In this document: in pieces, positions 1 through 10,821 of the stretch
Layout of the letters: each line of letters begins with the position of its first letter
Position numbering within the stretch: position 1 is the first letter of the stretch
Position numbers and translations under genes: made by a program
The notes under the pieces: model-generated
Seen by the model: only the letters and a program-made list of their open reading frames with translations
Databases searched by the model: none
Told to the model about the DNA's origin: nothing
DNA from: Psammoneis japonica
Taxonomy: Eukaryota
Length of the DNA: 20,000 nt
Assembly: GCA_008632985.1 (NCBI GenBank)
Contig: QPGO01000249.1
Coordinates: forward strand, 59,476 to 79,475
Direction: 5' to 3'

Positions 1-563
1 TCCTCCTCGTTTGGTTTCTCAGCTGGCTGCTCCGGTTTTTCTTCTTCAAGTTCAGTTGATACGAAAGGTACATTATCTGTTGCGGGGACTTCCTTGTTCA
101 CCACTTTGGCTTCCTCGACGGGCGGAATAATGACGGGGCCCTCATCTTCTTCACTGGGTTCGTCTGATATCATTGTATTCTTACCGACAAGTGGCTCTGA
201 TTCCTGTACAGGCTCTGCTTCTCTGTGCGCCGCAGGATCCTGTTCCAGGTGCGTCTTTTCCTTCTGTATGCGTTCCTTCACCGACGCGATGAGATCTTCT
301 GTCACGTCATCTGAAGAAGGTGAAGAGGTGACTGCAGGTTCATCTTGTGGTAGTACCGGATTTTCTACCAACGTCATGACTTGCTTTTCCGCTTGCACCT
401 TTTCTTTCTGCACACTCACAGAGTCGACGATTTCTCGGGACTGCTTCTCGGATCCTTTCAAGGGAGCGACTTCTTCTTCTTGTGCCGCCTTGTGCGTCGC
501 TCGCGGACTTTGAATGCTGCGGACCTCTGCCGATTCGGTGGCCTTGCTTGATGAACAACCCAT
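1..563 (-). CDS. Acidic, low-complexity protein with an N-terminal MGCSSSK dual-acylation (myristoyl/palmitoyl) motif; runs off the left edge of the window
   Basis: Not in the ORF track because no stop falls inside the window. ATG at 563-561 opens MGCSSSKATESAEVRSIQSPRATHKAAQEEEVAPL...STELEEEKPEQPAEKPNEE, open to position 3. The Ser-rich + strand ORF 94..513 is its antisense shadow (TCT/TTC runs are GAA codons). Confidence 0.8.
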   Translation of the reverse strand, partial: MGCSSSKATESAEVRSIQSPRATHKAAQEEEVAPLKGSEKQSREIVDSVSVQKEKVQAEKQVMTLVENPVLPQDEPAVTSSPSSDDVTEDLIASVKERIQKEKTHLEQDPAAHREAEPVQESEPLVGKNTMISDEPSEEDEGPVIIPPVEEAKVVNKEVPATDNVPFVSTELEEEKPEQPAEKPNEE

Positions 564-788
564 TATATAGCTCAATAAGTTTACGAATTACTCTTTTGCT
601 ATTTAGACTCTGGTTCAAAGCGTTTTTTGTGCTTTAGAATTCTTCGAGAAGAAGCTCACTGAGTTTTGAGGTTTGACGCGAATATCGTGCTTTCTTCGCA
701 CTGCAACGCAACCACAGACAACACGACCGGGAACCCGCGCGACAGCGAAGTCACGGATGAGATCCAAGATTCGATGTGTACCAAAGCT

Positions 789-806
789 TACGTAGAATTC
801 TACGTA
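789..806. promoter_or_regulatory. Perfect 18-bp palindrome TACGTAGAATTCTACGTA in the divergent intergenic region between the MGC gene and SIT
   Basis: The sequence is its own reverse complement and contains two TACGTA (ACGT-core) half-sites. A regulatory role is inferred only. Confidence 0.4.
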
Positions 807-963
807 TAATACACACCTACTTATATGAATATACGATAAAATTTTGATCTGTCGTCACCCATCGTGCGTTGGCGCGCCCTCGCTTCTCGCCCGTAACGGC
901 AATGCGCAATGCGCAACGGCATTTTCAGAATACCTAAAAAAATTGAAAGAGCAAACACGGACC

Positions 964-2541
964 ATGGTAGTGGGTCCTTCTTGCGCCAAGACCGGCAATG
1001 CCTTCAAGTGTATCTATTCAACAGCACTGCTGATCCTTGCGGTTTCAGTCACTCTGGCTACAATCTTTGATGAGAATACGCAGCTTTCCAGGGACGTACA
1101 TCCAGTATTCGCCTTTGTCATGATTTGGCTCGCCGTCCTTTGGCTTTCCATGGTAGAAGGTGGACAAGCCCCTTTGGTTGGATTGCCACCAGTTGACAAG
1201 GAACTTTACAGGAAGAGCCATCCTATTACGCACACGTGCGCGTCGGTGGCTCATAAGGGCGACAACTTGGACCGATATTTGATTGGTAGACAGTTCCTGG
1301 TGATTTTGATTGTCTTTTTGACCAACTTGGCTGGCCGTCCTCTCCAAGTTGCACAAGTTCTGGGACTTCCCGACGTGATTCTACAAATATTCTTGGGATC
1401 CGGATTGGCCATGACATTGATGACGGCCAATATTGGGCAACTGGCCTCTCAAGTGAACGCGTCCCGATGCATGCTGGACTATATCAACACCTATTTCATG
1501 GTTTTTACTCTTTACGTGGCAATGGCCATTGAAGCTTCTGGTTTGTTGCATTCTGTCTACTTTGTGCAAATGTGCTTTGCTAAGCTTTCCGGCAAGAAAT
1601 TCAAGTCCAAAGAACCACCCCGAGGAGACTTTCAAAACATGTTCTTTTTCGGACGAATATATTTTTCCTTGGCCGTGCTGGGCTTTTGCTTTGCAGTCAC
1701 CCTCAAGGCTATCATTGATGGAAAAACAACCATGCGGGACGGCGTCCCCAAGGCTGTCTTGGTTGTTTTATTTTTTGTCCTCATGTCAATAGTTGGTATG
1801 TTAGAGGGTATGCAGATTGCATTCTTTGCTGTCGCCAAGCTCTCCAAGGACGAGCAGCACCAACATCCAGTGGCCATGAAGACATGCGACTTGTTGTTCA
1901 AGGGTGAAGGACGAAATTTGCCGGGATTTATGATTGGACGACAAATCTGCGTCACAATGTGTTTCTTATTTATTGCTCGAATTACCACAATCAATGTGGA
2001 CGTGGATGCTGGTGAAGAGACGATATTCGGTGTATCCGCAGGCTTGCAGCAATTCTTCAACACCGGACTCCCAGGAGCTATCATTACAACCATTGTGGCA
2101 TCACTATCATGGCAGCTGGTAGCTTCCTCTTTTCCTGTAGCCTTTTTGTCCAATCCCTTGGTCTACGTCCTTCTTCGAATTTGCCTCGCTCTCGACGCCA
2201 CCGGCATTTGCTCAGCCTCACGGGTCCTTGCCTGGATGCACAAGCGTCTGGTTGGCTTTCAAAAGGATGAAGTGTACATTGGGACACCGGGAGAACGAGC
2301 CGCCGCGAACCATCAAGATGACGAACAAGCACTGGATGTCAATCCGGGACATTTTTTCCCAGGAGTACCAACCTTGCCCAGATCCGTCACAAGGTACCAA
2401 GGGTATATAATTATCACCCTTGACAAGGTACCCACGGAACAATCGCAGCTGGCTGTCCGTCTTGATGAAGATCTATTTCCTATTTCCGACACAAGACGAG
2501 CACAGCACTATAATGCAACTGGTTCTACCGAACGTACCTAA
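964..2541 (+). CDS. SIT: Diatom silicon (silicic acid) transporter, SIT family
   Basis: Four GXQ motifs (EGGQ, GRQ, EGMQ, GRQ), the CMLD motif, KGDNLDRYLIGRQF, GQLASQVNA and multiple hydrophobic TM segments. The first in-frame ATG is at 964; the ORF-track start at 844 is a TTG. Confidence 0.95.
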   Translation: MVVGPSCAKTGNAFKCIYSTALLILAVSVTLATIFDENTQLSRDVHPVFAFVMIWLAVLWLSMVEGGQAPLVGLPPVDKELYRKSHPITHTCASVAHKGDNLDRYLIGRQFLVILIVFLTNLAGRPLQVAQVLGLPDVILQIFLGSGLAMTLMTANIGQLASQVNASRCMLDYINTYFMVFTLYVAMAIEASGLLHSVYFVQMCFAKLSGKKFKSKEPPRGDFQNMFFFGRIYFSLAVLGFCFAVTLKAIIDGKTTMRDGVPKAVLVVLFFVLMSIVGMLEGMQIAFFAVAKLSKDEQHQHPVAMKTCDLLFKGEGRNLPGFMIGRQICVTMCFLFIARITTINVDVDAGEETIFGVSAGLQQFFNTGLPGAIITTIVASLSWQLVASSFPVAFLSNPLVYVLLRICLALDATGICSASRVLAWMHKRLVGFQKDEVYIGTPGERAAANHQDDEQALDVNPGHFFPGVPTLPRSVTRYQGYIIITLDKVPTEQSQLAVRLDEDLFPISDTRRAQHYNATGSTERT

Positions 2542-3015
2542 GCTGCTGCACATTCTCAGCATTGATTTGTTGTTTTTACTGCTATAATAGTAAAGATTCA
2601 CTTTTGAGCTACACATTAATGACGTCCTCTTCGTTGTGGCAAGTAGTACCCAAATGATACCTTAAAAAAAATAGTCAAAGCTTGCGAATATGGTGATGAA
2701 ATGGTTCCGTACTTGCGTGTTGTTGTTGTTCGTCGGAAGTCGAGAAGAGTCTGTCACGTGAGCAAGGAAGCGCGCAAAGAAATCCCTTTTTCAAAGATAA
2801 GAAACAGAAGCAGGTACCAAGAGCCTGGCACTAGAAATACAATGGCCAAGGAATGATAACAAAGAGAATCAATATTATGCAATTTTTAATGTATCCAACG
2901 ATAACCCAATCGATTCAAGCTTTTAGCACAGTACACAATCGCATACAATATATCGCAACCGCCCCCATAGGAACAACGATCCCGCACATAAATAGGTGTA
3001 AAAAGGAACCAAGTA

Positions 3016-4092
3016 CTACAAATCGTCTTCTTCTTCTTCTTCGTCTTCTTCCTTCAGCCACTTAAAGAATCTCCCCAAGGCGCGAAGGGGCAATCCAATT
3101 GCACTAGTCATGACGCTAAAGTTCCACATTACATGTGATCCCACCGAGGCTGCAAACCCAACATCCTCAAAGACCGGCGTAAAGACACGAATCGAAACGA
3201 TAAATGCCGCATAACATTGGGCTACGGCAGCAGAAGCCACAGTCAAGGCCTTGACAACGCTCTCGGCATCCGTCACGATGGACGCCTCGAGAGGACGTAT
3301 CCAATTGATCAAATGAGCAAAACCAAACACTAAACTCGATAGAACTGCCCAGAGTGATAAATCTTGTCGCTTTTCTTGGAGTGAGGAGCGATAGGTTGAA
3401 CTTGGCCTTCGCTGTACAACCTTCTTAATCGCATTCATGATGCCTTTCCGAAAGATTAATTCCTCCACAATGGGTGCAATGAACAAGACTTGGAAGAAAT
3501 AAATAAAGGACTGGAAGAAAGAAGTATCGCCCATTATACTCCTCCCTCCCGTGATCATAAGGCTGCCTCCCGATAGACCAACAGAACCTGGTAGCGGCAG
3601 GAAAGACACCGGCTTGTACATCAACATACCCATCGAGGCGAGAGATTCGGTCACTCGATCCACAACGTTGATTCCGAGTTCAGGAGAGAATGCGTAGGTA
3701 ACAGCAAATATGCCGGCACACATTAGCACGCCCAGAGCTGCTCGTCCGTAAATGCTCCAAAACAGATCCCAGAAGAAATGATTCACTACTCCTGCACCCG
3801 TCATGAAATCCTCCATGGCACTTCCCATTCCTCCTTCTCCACTGTCTTCGATTTCACTTAGCTGAGAAGCTCCAATCCTAGGAAAAGAGGCGATGGTATG
3901 CCTCTTGAACCCTGCTCTCGACTGGGGAACCGATCTTTGCATACCGGAAGGACTGACGACAAGTCGACCACTGCTCAATAACCCCAGCGATGGTTGAGTC
4001 GAAAAACCGTGAATCTTTTGACTCTGATGAAACAGAAAGAGGACGATCCAACAAAGTGTGACTGACACTCTTCCGGACGGGACTGCCACCAT
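3016..4092 (-). CDS. CPBP family (Rce1/Abi, CAAX protease type II-like) intramembrane metalloprotease with a probable bipartite plastid-targeting presequence
   Basis: Motifs APIVEELIFR (EExxxR), SSLVFGFAHL (FxxxH) and SHVMWNF (HxxxN). ATG at 4092. A hydrophobic signal ends in IHG-F and is followed by a Ser/Arg-rich transit-like stretch. Acidic C-terminal tail. Confidence 0.85.
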   Translation of the reverse strand: MVAVPSGRVSVTLCWIVLFLFHQSQKIHGFSTQPSLGLLSSGRLVVSPSGMQRSVPQSRAGFKRHTIASFPRIGASQLSEIEDSGEGGMGSAMEDFMTGAGVVNHFFWDLFWSIYGRAALGVLMCAGIFAVTYAFSPELGINVVDRVTESLASMGMLMYKPVSFLPLPGSVGLSGGSLMITGGRSIMGDTSFFQSFIYFFQVLFIAPIVEELIFRKGIMNAIKKVVQRRPSSTYRSSLQEKRQDLSLWAVLSSLVFGFAHLINWIRPLEASIVTDAESVVKALTVASAAVAQCYAAFIVSIRVFTPVFEDVGFAASVGSHVMWNFSVMTSAIGLPLRALGRFFKWLKEEDEEEEEDDL

Positions 4093-4251
4093 GGTTAGAC
4101 ACACAAAAAACGAAGTCACGATGCTTGGTGTCGATCTTGGCTTCGGTTCGATTAGCGAGGTGTGATGTTTGATGTGCGTTGATGTCGGTGGATACGGTAC
4201 GGCGTCGGACGCACAATCGCGATCACGCGATCCTCATCGCCAACGGATGAC

Positions 4252-4318
4252 TGACGTAGGCCAGAATCGAGAAAAGAATACGTCAGCGTATGGCATTTCT
4301 ACGGTAAGTGCCACGTCA
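4252..4318. promoter_or_regulatory. Cluster of three TGACGT/ACGTCA (CRE-like, bZIP-type) elements upstream of the CPBP gene
   Basis: TGACGT at 4252-4257, ACGTCA at 4280-4285 and ACGTCA at 4313-4318, lying 160-226 bp upstream of the ATG at 4092. Confidence 0.45.
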
Positions 4319-6299
4319 GCACTGGGAAAAATGAAAAATGAGTGGCGCTTTTTTGTGGATGATTTCGAGATTTTTTTTCGAGATTTCCGGTGTTTTTGAG
4401 GAAATCATGCAGCATTTTGTCGGAGGTGCTCCAAAGCTTGCTTCAGAAAAGTTCAGTGAGAACCCCCTTGGAAAATTGAGGCGATTTCATCATTTTTTGT
4501 CCTGGTGCCACTTGAGGGGTGCAGAGGAGCTCTCAGAAGCGTGTGAGAGACTGATGGCGTGGTGCATGCAAAAAGAGCACTCAAGCAGCTCTTGCAGCAC
4601 TGCAGTCTCTGGCAAGCTGTTCCCCCTGTGGCTTGACACTTCTGCAAGTGTGTGGCTGGGTTTTCAAAAGCTCAGAAGAAAAGTGTGCTCTTGCCCCTCC
4701 TCTCCTCTCTCACCATGTGTTTGAGAGGCACAACAAACAATGTTGACAGCAGCAGAGCTTTGCTGGCTTTCTCAGCTGTGAAACCATTTTTGAGGCTTGT
4801 CATTCAGCACAGGGTTTTTTTGTTGGCTGGCATGAAAGTTAAAAAGACCAAAAAGAGGCACGCACTGCTGCCCTCGTCACCCTCTGCATGTGGTGTGTGC
4901 ACTGTGTGCTGCTCAGCAACAAGGTGCTCATCTGGAATGCCAACAATCTGGGTCTGATCCCCGCCATCAAGGGTGTGTTTGATTTGCAGCCAGAAATTTT
5001 CTCTGTTCAATCCAAGACAATGCAGCCTTGACAAATCTGCACTCATGAACATTTGACAACAAAATGTCTCCATTCGTGCAGCCAACAATTTCTCTGCTGC
5101 GTGAGTGAGAGTGCAATGTTGTTTGTGTTCATGGCATTGCCCGAATGAAGTGCACCCCACTTTTCTGGATCCAAAACTCTTCAGTCATGCACCAAGTTGG
5201 ATTTTTCTTTCCTCCAAAATTTTTGCTCTCTGATGTTGCCATCCTTCTTTGTTTTGTTGCAAGAACACCTCAGCACTGCTCTTCTTCATTTGCTTTCAGC
5301 TTGTGAGCTTGCTTCATGCTGATTGCTTGCTGTGCTGGGGCTGGGGGATTGATGTTTGCATTGGGTGCACTCTTTTCAGTTTGTTGTTGTGCTCACATTT
5401 GTCTGTCATGCTTCATTGGTGATGCAGTCAGATGGTCTTGTGTGCCCTCATTGCAAATGGTCTTGGTTTGGTTCTGAGTGTGGTCTTCATCATCATCTTG
5501 CCACTGACTGTGTGTCATTTCCCTTGGTCCAACCAAGTCTTTTAGTTGTCCACATTGTGGACAGTGCAGTTTTGAGAATTAGAAAATCAGGCAGAGCATT
5601 GCCTTTCACATTGCTGTGCCACTTCCGCTGTTCTTCCTTCTCCTGGAACACAGCAGCACTCAAGAACTGACACATCCTGCCTGTTTGGTCAGACAAATTT
5701 GGTTGCTTCACTTTCTTGGGATGCTGCTGTCTCTGTTGCCTCTGTTGGGTCCACCCCCAACTGACCAAAATGTTCTTGTTGCCAAGCTCCTTTTTCAAAC
5801 AATGCCTGGCATCTCCAGAAGCATGCACCCTGCAGTGAAAGGGAGGATGCTTCCATGTGTGATGCTCTGCTGCTGTCACGTCCACTTCCATTGCTGCAAT
5901 TTCCCCTCCAGATGATGACACAGCTGGTGATTCACCAGGACTGGCAGGAGGCAATCTTGCCCTTTGTTGGGATTTTGACATTCCTCTGGTGCACTCATGC
6001 TGAAGCGCCGCACCCATGGCTTGCCTGTTGCACCTTTGTTGATGGCCTGGTGTTGTGATCAACTTCATCAAAACAAAGTGGTGAGAACAGCTCACAAAGA
6101 GCATGCCAAAAAGCAACTTGATTTGACAAAGCCTCCCACTGCAGCTGATGTGGCAATGAAGCAACTTCTGGAGCTGTTTCCCAACACCCTTTTTCCCTGC
6201 ACTGCAACTGTGATGCTCAAGCACAACAATCCAATCCATCAACAGAAGAACGGCCCCAAATGCCATCATTCCCCACCTTTCCCAGTTTTCAATTTCACA

Positions 6300-7560
6300 C
6301 CAAGACTCTGCAGGATCTCTTCACACAGAGCCCATTTTTCATGATCTTTCAAAGTTGCTGGCAAACCCAAATGACGTTTGGCCACCACATGTTCTTCCTC
6401 CCAGGGACAGTGATTTAGATTCTGATGCACCCCCTGGTGGTGGCAACAATTGATTCCCAAATTGTCCTGATGACTGGCAATTGTTGACTCAAAGTCAAGA
6501 TGCAGGAGATGGACAGTGGCTCCAAAGTTGTTTGAATGCTCAGGAAACTGTGCCCGACGTTCATGTTCACCTTTTTAATTGTTCTAACAAGACTGGCATT
6601 GATGCAGTCAATCCACATGGGATGGAGCCCCCCATGCACTCACTTGCCTTGATTCAAGAAGGTGCTCATTGGGATCACCATTGTTGCTGGCATCCTCTCC
6701 AGTTCATTCTAAATGTGGACAAGCAAGACAAAAAGGACAATTCTGGGTGTGCCTTGTCATTGACGATTGCTGCAGCATTCTGAAGTTGGGGCTTCATGGA
6801 CTGCTTTGTTGCCTGGGGACAATCCACCCATTGCCCACTCAATCATTGGAGCTGAGTGCCTGCATGTGAGAGCCAAAACACATCGCAACTCCCTGTTGGG
6901 TGACATCCTCAATCAAGAGCAAATGTTTGTTGCAGAGTCATGAGCTGAAACAAGATGGAGCAATTGTTGCACAATTGCCATGTGCCCTCATGCCTTGTGG
7001 ATGATCCTCTTCATGCTTGCAAGTTTTTCAACCAAGCTTTCATCAAGTCACTCACTGTTTCCATGCCCGGTCCTGATCCCAACAATGACAACAGCCACTG
7101 GCATCAGTTTTTGAAACAAGCACCATGCCATGACAGCCCAAAAGAAGGCAGAAAACAAGCTTTCTGCTTCCCTCCATTGGCAAATGAAAATGTGTTCCAA
7201 AATGCCAAGGCAAGCATTTGGTCAGCATGCTGTTGACAATGCCCACTTTCCCAATGATGTTGGTGATGACTGTCTCTGACATGATGCACATGAGACAGAG
7301 GCAGGCATCATCCCTCAAATCATGATGAAGGCAACAACTGGAGAAATGCACAACAAACACAAAGAGTTGTGTGACCGGACAACCTTGGAATTGTTCTGCA
7401 CAGCTTGGCATTGTCAAGTTATCAGAGGCTTGGCTGTCCACACTTGTGAGTGAATGGCGGTCTTTCCATCCTTGGCCAACTCACCAGTGATGAGAAGATG
7501 GGCAGGGTGATTGCCATGAAAGACAGTTGGCAAGGTTGGGTTTGGAAAAAGAAACCTTGG
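6300..7560 (+). pseudogene. Plavaka-type (CACTA/EnSpm-related) transposase relic with TGA stops and frameshifts
   Basis: Ordered motifs: NPNDVWPP, GDGQW, LFN(C/Y)SNKTGID...GMEPPM.SLALI (DKT..D...EP-like, ~6586-6650), LLGDILNQEQM, C.V....DDP...C, VDNA(H/Y)F..D.G, DMMH/EAGII (7278-7312) and GLSILGQLTSDEKMG (~7460-7503). This order matches my recollection of Plavaka transposases; not searched. Confidence 0.65.
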
Positions 7561-7859
7561 TGGGTGCAGCAGGTCCCACCTTTGTTTTTGATGCCAGGAC
7601 ATTGCACCTTGCCTTGTCAAATAAAACAGAGTCAGATTGGAAGAACGCCGCATCTCTGATCCACAAAATTTTGAGCCAGTCTCCATGCAGCATGTTGTGG
7701 CTGGGATTGAGAGTGTGAATGCCGGTGTCATCACTTGGCAGTCATCATGTTCAGCAGTGATTTGATGACAGTTGCAATGTGCCACAGGAGACATCAAACA
7801 ATGTAGAAGGCATGTTTTGCATTTAAAGGATTTTGGCTGCAAAGGACACAAACAGTCAA

Positions 7860-8530
7860 TTCATGTGAAGCAAGAATTTGCAGAATTTGCACCAAATTGC
7901 AGCAACAACATTTGCCAGCTGAGGTTGAGAACCACCACACACCTCACCACAACTCACATTTGACTTGCTTGACATTTTCATTTGTTGTGGAGTGCCTTGG
8001 CTCAACAATGCCATCTCTTCTTTTTGTGTGCTTGTGAAGAAGATGTTTGTCAACCCCACCACACCACAACCACAAAACATCCTTCTGCCAGACACCAATT
8101 TGTCAAGATCTCCTCCAGCCAAACAATTTTGTGTTGTGTTGTTGTCGAACAGCATCCATCCATTGCAGTTGTCAAAAAACATCTTGGTGTTGATCTCACA
8201 ATGCAAGCCATGTGCAGCATCATGTTCATCAAGGAAGGGCTGGCTGATCAAAGTTGGACTCATGCCAGGTGTGTCAGGACAGATGCCAGCACACCAAACA
8301 CTGCCCAACTTGTGATCACGACAGTGCAGCTCAATGCTGCATGCCCAGCACAGGTGGCAACAAGCTGATGAGAAGCAACTGCAGAAATTGCCACAACCAC
8401 TGCCGGCATCAATGAGCATCATGTTGCTGGACCAAGTGGCACAAACAGGGTGGGGCGGCAAATGACCTCAGCAGCAAAGTCAAAATTTGCCATGCCTCCA
8501 TGTGACTCTGTGCACCACCAGCAGCAATGC
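7860..8530 (-). pseudogene. DOT1-like class I SAM-dependent (histone H3K79-type) methyltransferase relic, frameshifted near 8460
   Basis: TES(H/Y)GGMANFDFAAEVI (from 8511 downward) resembles DOT1L EVYGETSFDLVAQMI. After the frameshift come LIDAGSG(C/Y)GNF (motif I, cf. FVDLGSGVG), A(C/Y)SIEL (cf. YGVE) and KMFFDN(C/Y)N (cf. VIFVNNF). Confidence 0.6.
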
Positions 8531-9269
8531 AACCAAATTGATGTTTTCCTTCTGGGCATGTGATGGCAGCACAGGGAACACATGTTCAGGTGGCTGCAAT
8601 GGTTCATTGCAACAATGTCAACACAACACCAGCACCAGCTTCAAAGAGAATTTGCAATTTTGTGGCCAAGCGGATTGGCGAATGTGTGCAGATGCACATT
8701 TTTTCAATGATTGCAGTGTTCTCTTTGGACAATGCTCATGCCAGTTGGAGATGGAAGCATTGCATTTGTTTTGCCAATGAGATTGTGGCATGTTGGAAAC
8801 AGAAGGACATCAGAAAAGATGAGGAAACAAACAATTTGGTTGTGGGTGAAACTTTGTCTTGCAGGCCACAAAATTTGCAATGTGACAAAATGCACACATT
8901 TGCATGTTTGAGTTTCTCACAGTGGAGCACATTTCAGAACAGTGGAAGGATTGGAAAAGTTCAAATGTCAGGTGAGAAGCATGTTCACAAAATTGGTGCA
9001 GAGCCCTGTTTGAATGAATCTGTGAGACAAGCCAACAATGGCAATGTGGAGAAGATCACTTGCAAAGTGTGCTCATTTTGTGACTTGTCTTGTTGCAAAC
9101 CAGCAGGGATGATGCAAATGAACAAACACAAGTGCAGCCAATTGGAGCAGAAAAGCAGATGGAGGAAACAGTTCTTGTGGGAGTGACAGCACAAGATGGC
9201 AGGAGTGTGGCATCAAGTGGCAAGCCATGAAGAGGAAGGCTCAACAGATTGAGACACTGTCACTGACAT

Positions 9270-10270
9270 GTCTGAGTTGGCCTCTTTGGCATGCTTGACA
9301 GTGACCATGAGTCCTGTGCTTGTGGGCTTGTTGAGTGTGCAAATGAACAAACACAGGGAGTCGAGCCAGGTCCTCCAGTTCACAACGAGTGGCTCAAGTT
9401 CTGTTGTCACTCCTGCAGAGGGATTTCATGCAGTGGACAATGCTCCAGCAGTTGGCAAAAAACTGGTTGGGTGCATGTTGACAAAGGTTGTCAACAAATG
9501 TGTGTCAAGGAGGGCAGCACATGAAAATGGCACTGCAGGAGTTGAGAAGCATGGTGTCAGTGCTGGAAGCATTCTGGAATGGTGCATGCAAAGAGAAAAA
9601 AACTCAGCAGGAAGAGGAACAACACACAGGACAATGTCAGGAGCAGGATGACAGGTGAGCCACATGAATTCTGGCATGCAATGGTTGGTTGCTTGGACTG
9701 TCTGACAGATTGAGTGTGGATGCCATTGTTTGCATCTGTGCAGTTTTTGCTTTGGAGGGTTTGCTGGTGGAGTGCAAAGATTTGATCAAGGGATGAAGGG
9801 CTGACAAAGACACCTGTGCATGGTTCTTGGAAAATGCAGCAATGGCGGTGGTGGGCCAGGCACAGTTTGGCAGAAGCATGACTGACTTGCTCAAGGAGTG
9901 GCTGACCCCATCATCTGAGACCTTTGCCATTCTGGTGCACTGGAACTTCTGTGACAAGGTGGTTGGGTGGCAGGGCAGAAAAATTGGAGAAGGACAACAA
10001 CATTGCAAGGTGCAGAAAGCTGAAGGCAGAAGATGCGACAGATGATGCAAAGCACACTGCACAGGGAAGGGGGAAATCAGCAAAGTGGAGCCAAGGATGG
10101 AGCAAGGAGGGGATCCAGAAACACACAATGAGCTTTGCAAATGGGTGGAACAAGGCAGAGAGAACAACCAAGGTTTTTGAGTGTGGCTCAAGGAATGAAG
10201 GCAAGAGAAGGCTGGCTTGTCAAAGGAGGCCAGAAAGAAATGAAAGAGAAATGAGAAAAGGAAAGAGAGA
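9270..10270 (+). pseudogene. Decayed ORF of an uncharacterised, probably TE-associated protein family
   Basis: WLTPSSETFAILV(H/Y)WNF(C/Y)DK (~9899-9958), then in another frame AK(H/Y)T...GWSKEGIQK(H/Y) (~10047-10124), followed by a purine-rich charged tail. The pattern resembles TxSxEAF..N..D / KYT / GWSxEGI hypothetical proteins I recall from diatom repeats. Confidence 0.45.
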
Positions 10271-10821
10271 GAGAGGATGGGTGGGATGTGCACATGGGAG
10301 AGGAACTGCCCTTGCAGCCAATGGCTGCTGGCAATGGCACAGAAGGAGTTGCAGCAATGGTGACAAACCAAGCTGGGGGTGTGTGAACACAAATTGCAGC
10401 AAAGGACAACATCAACAACACAATGAAAACAACAAGGTGGCATGTGGTGCAATTTTTTGTCAAGAACAAATGACTGTTTAGAGAGTTGCTTTTAAAGCAA
10501 CAGTGCAAGAAAAAAAGTGTAGAAGGATGTTTCAAGCAGCAATGCTGGATTGCATGTGGCAAGAGATGCAATGAAGGAGTGACAAAATGCAAATGTTAAA
10601 AAGGGCTGACTTTGACATCACAGGCAAAAATGCCCATCGTGCAAAGTGGGTGCAATTTGGAATCAAGGAGCCTGTGAACTTCAACAGCTCTGATCTGACA
10701 TTAAAAGGAAGACCTGGCTCAACAAGAAACAACAATCTGGGGGTTGCAGTCAGGAAATGCCCAGATTCTGACAGGCTGTCAGACCCAGATTGTTGGCATC
10801 CCAGATGCTTGCCTTGCCACT

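Noticed and set aside
94..618. ORFs 94..513 (+) and 340..618 (-)
   Set aside because: Shadow or alternative frames of the real minus-strand MGCSSSK gene.
844..963. N-terminal extension of SIT from the TTG at 844
   Set aside because: Eukaryotic gene; SIT-like sequence begins after the ATG at 964.
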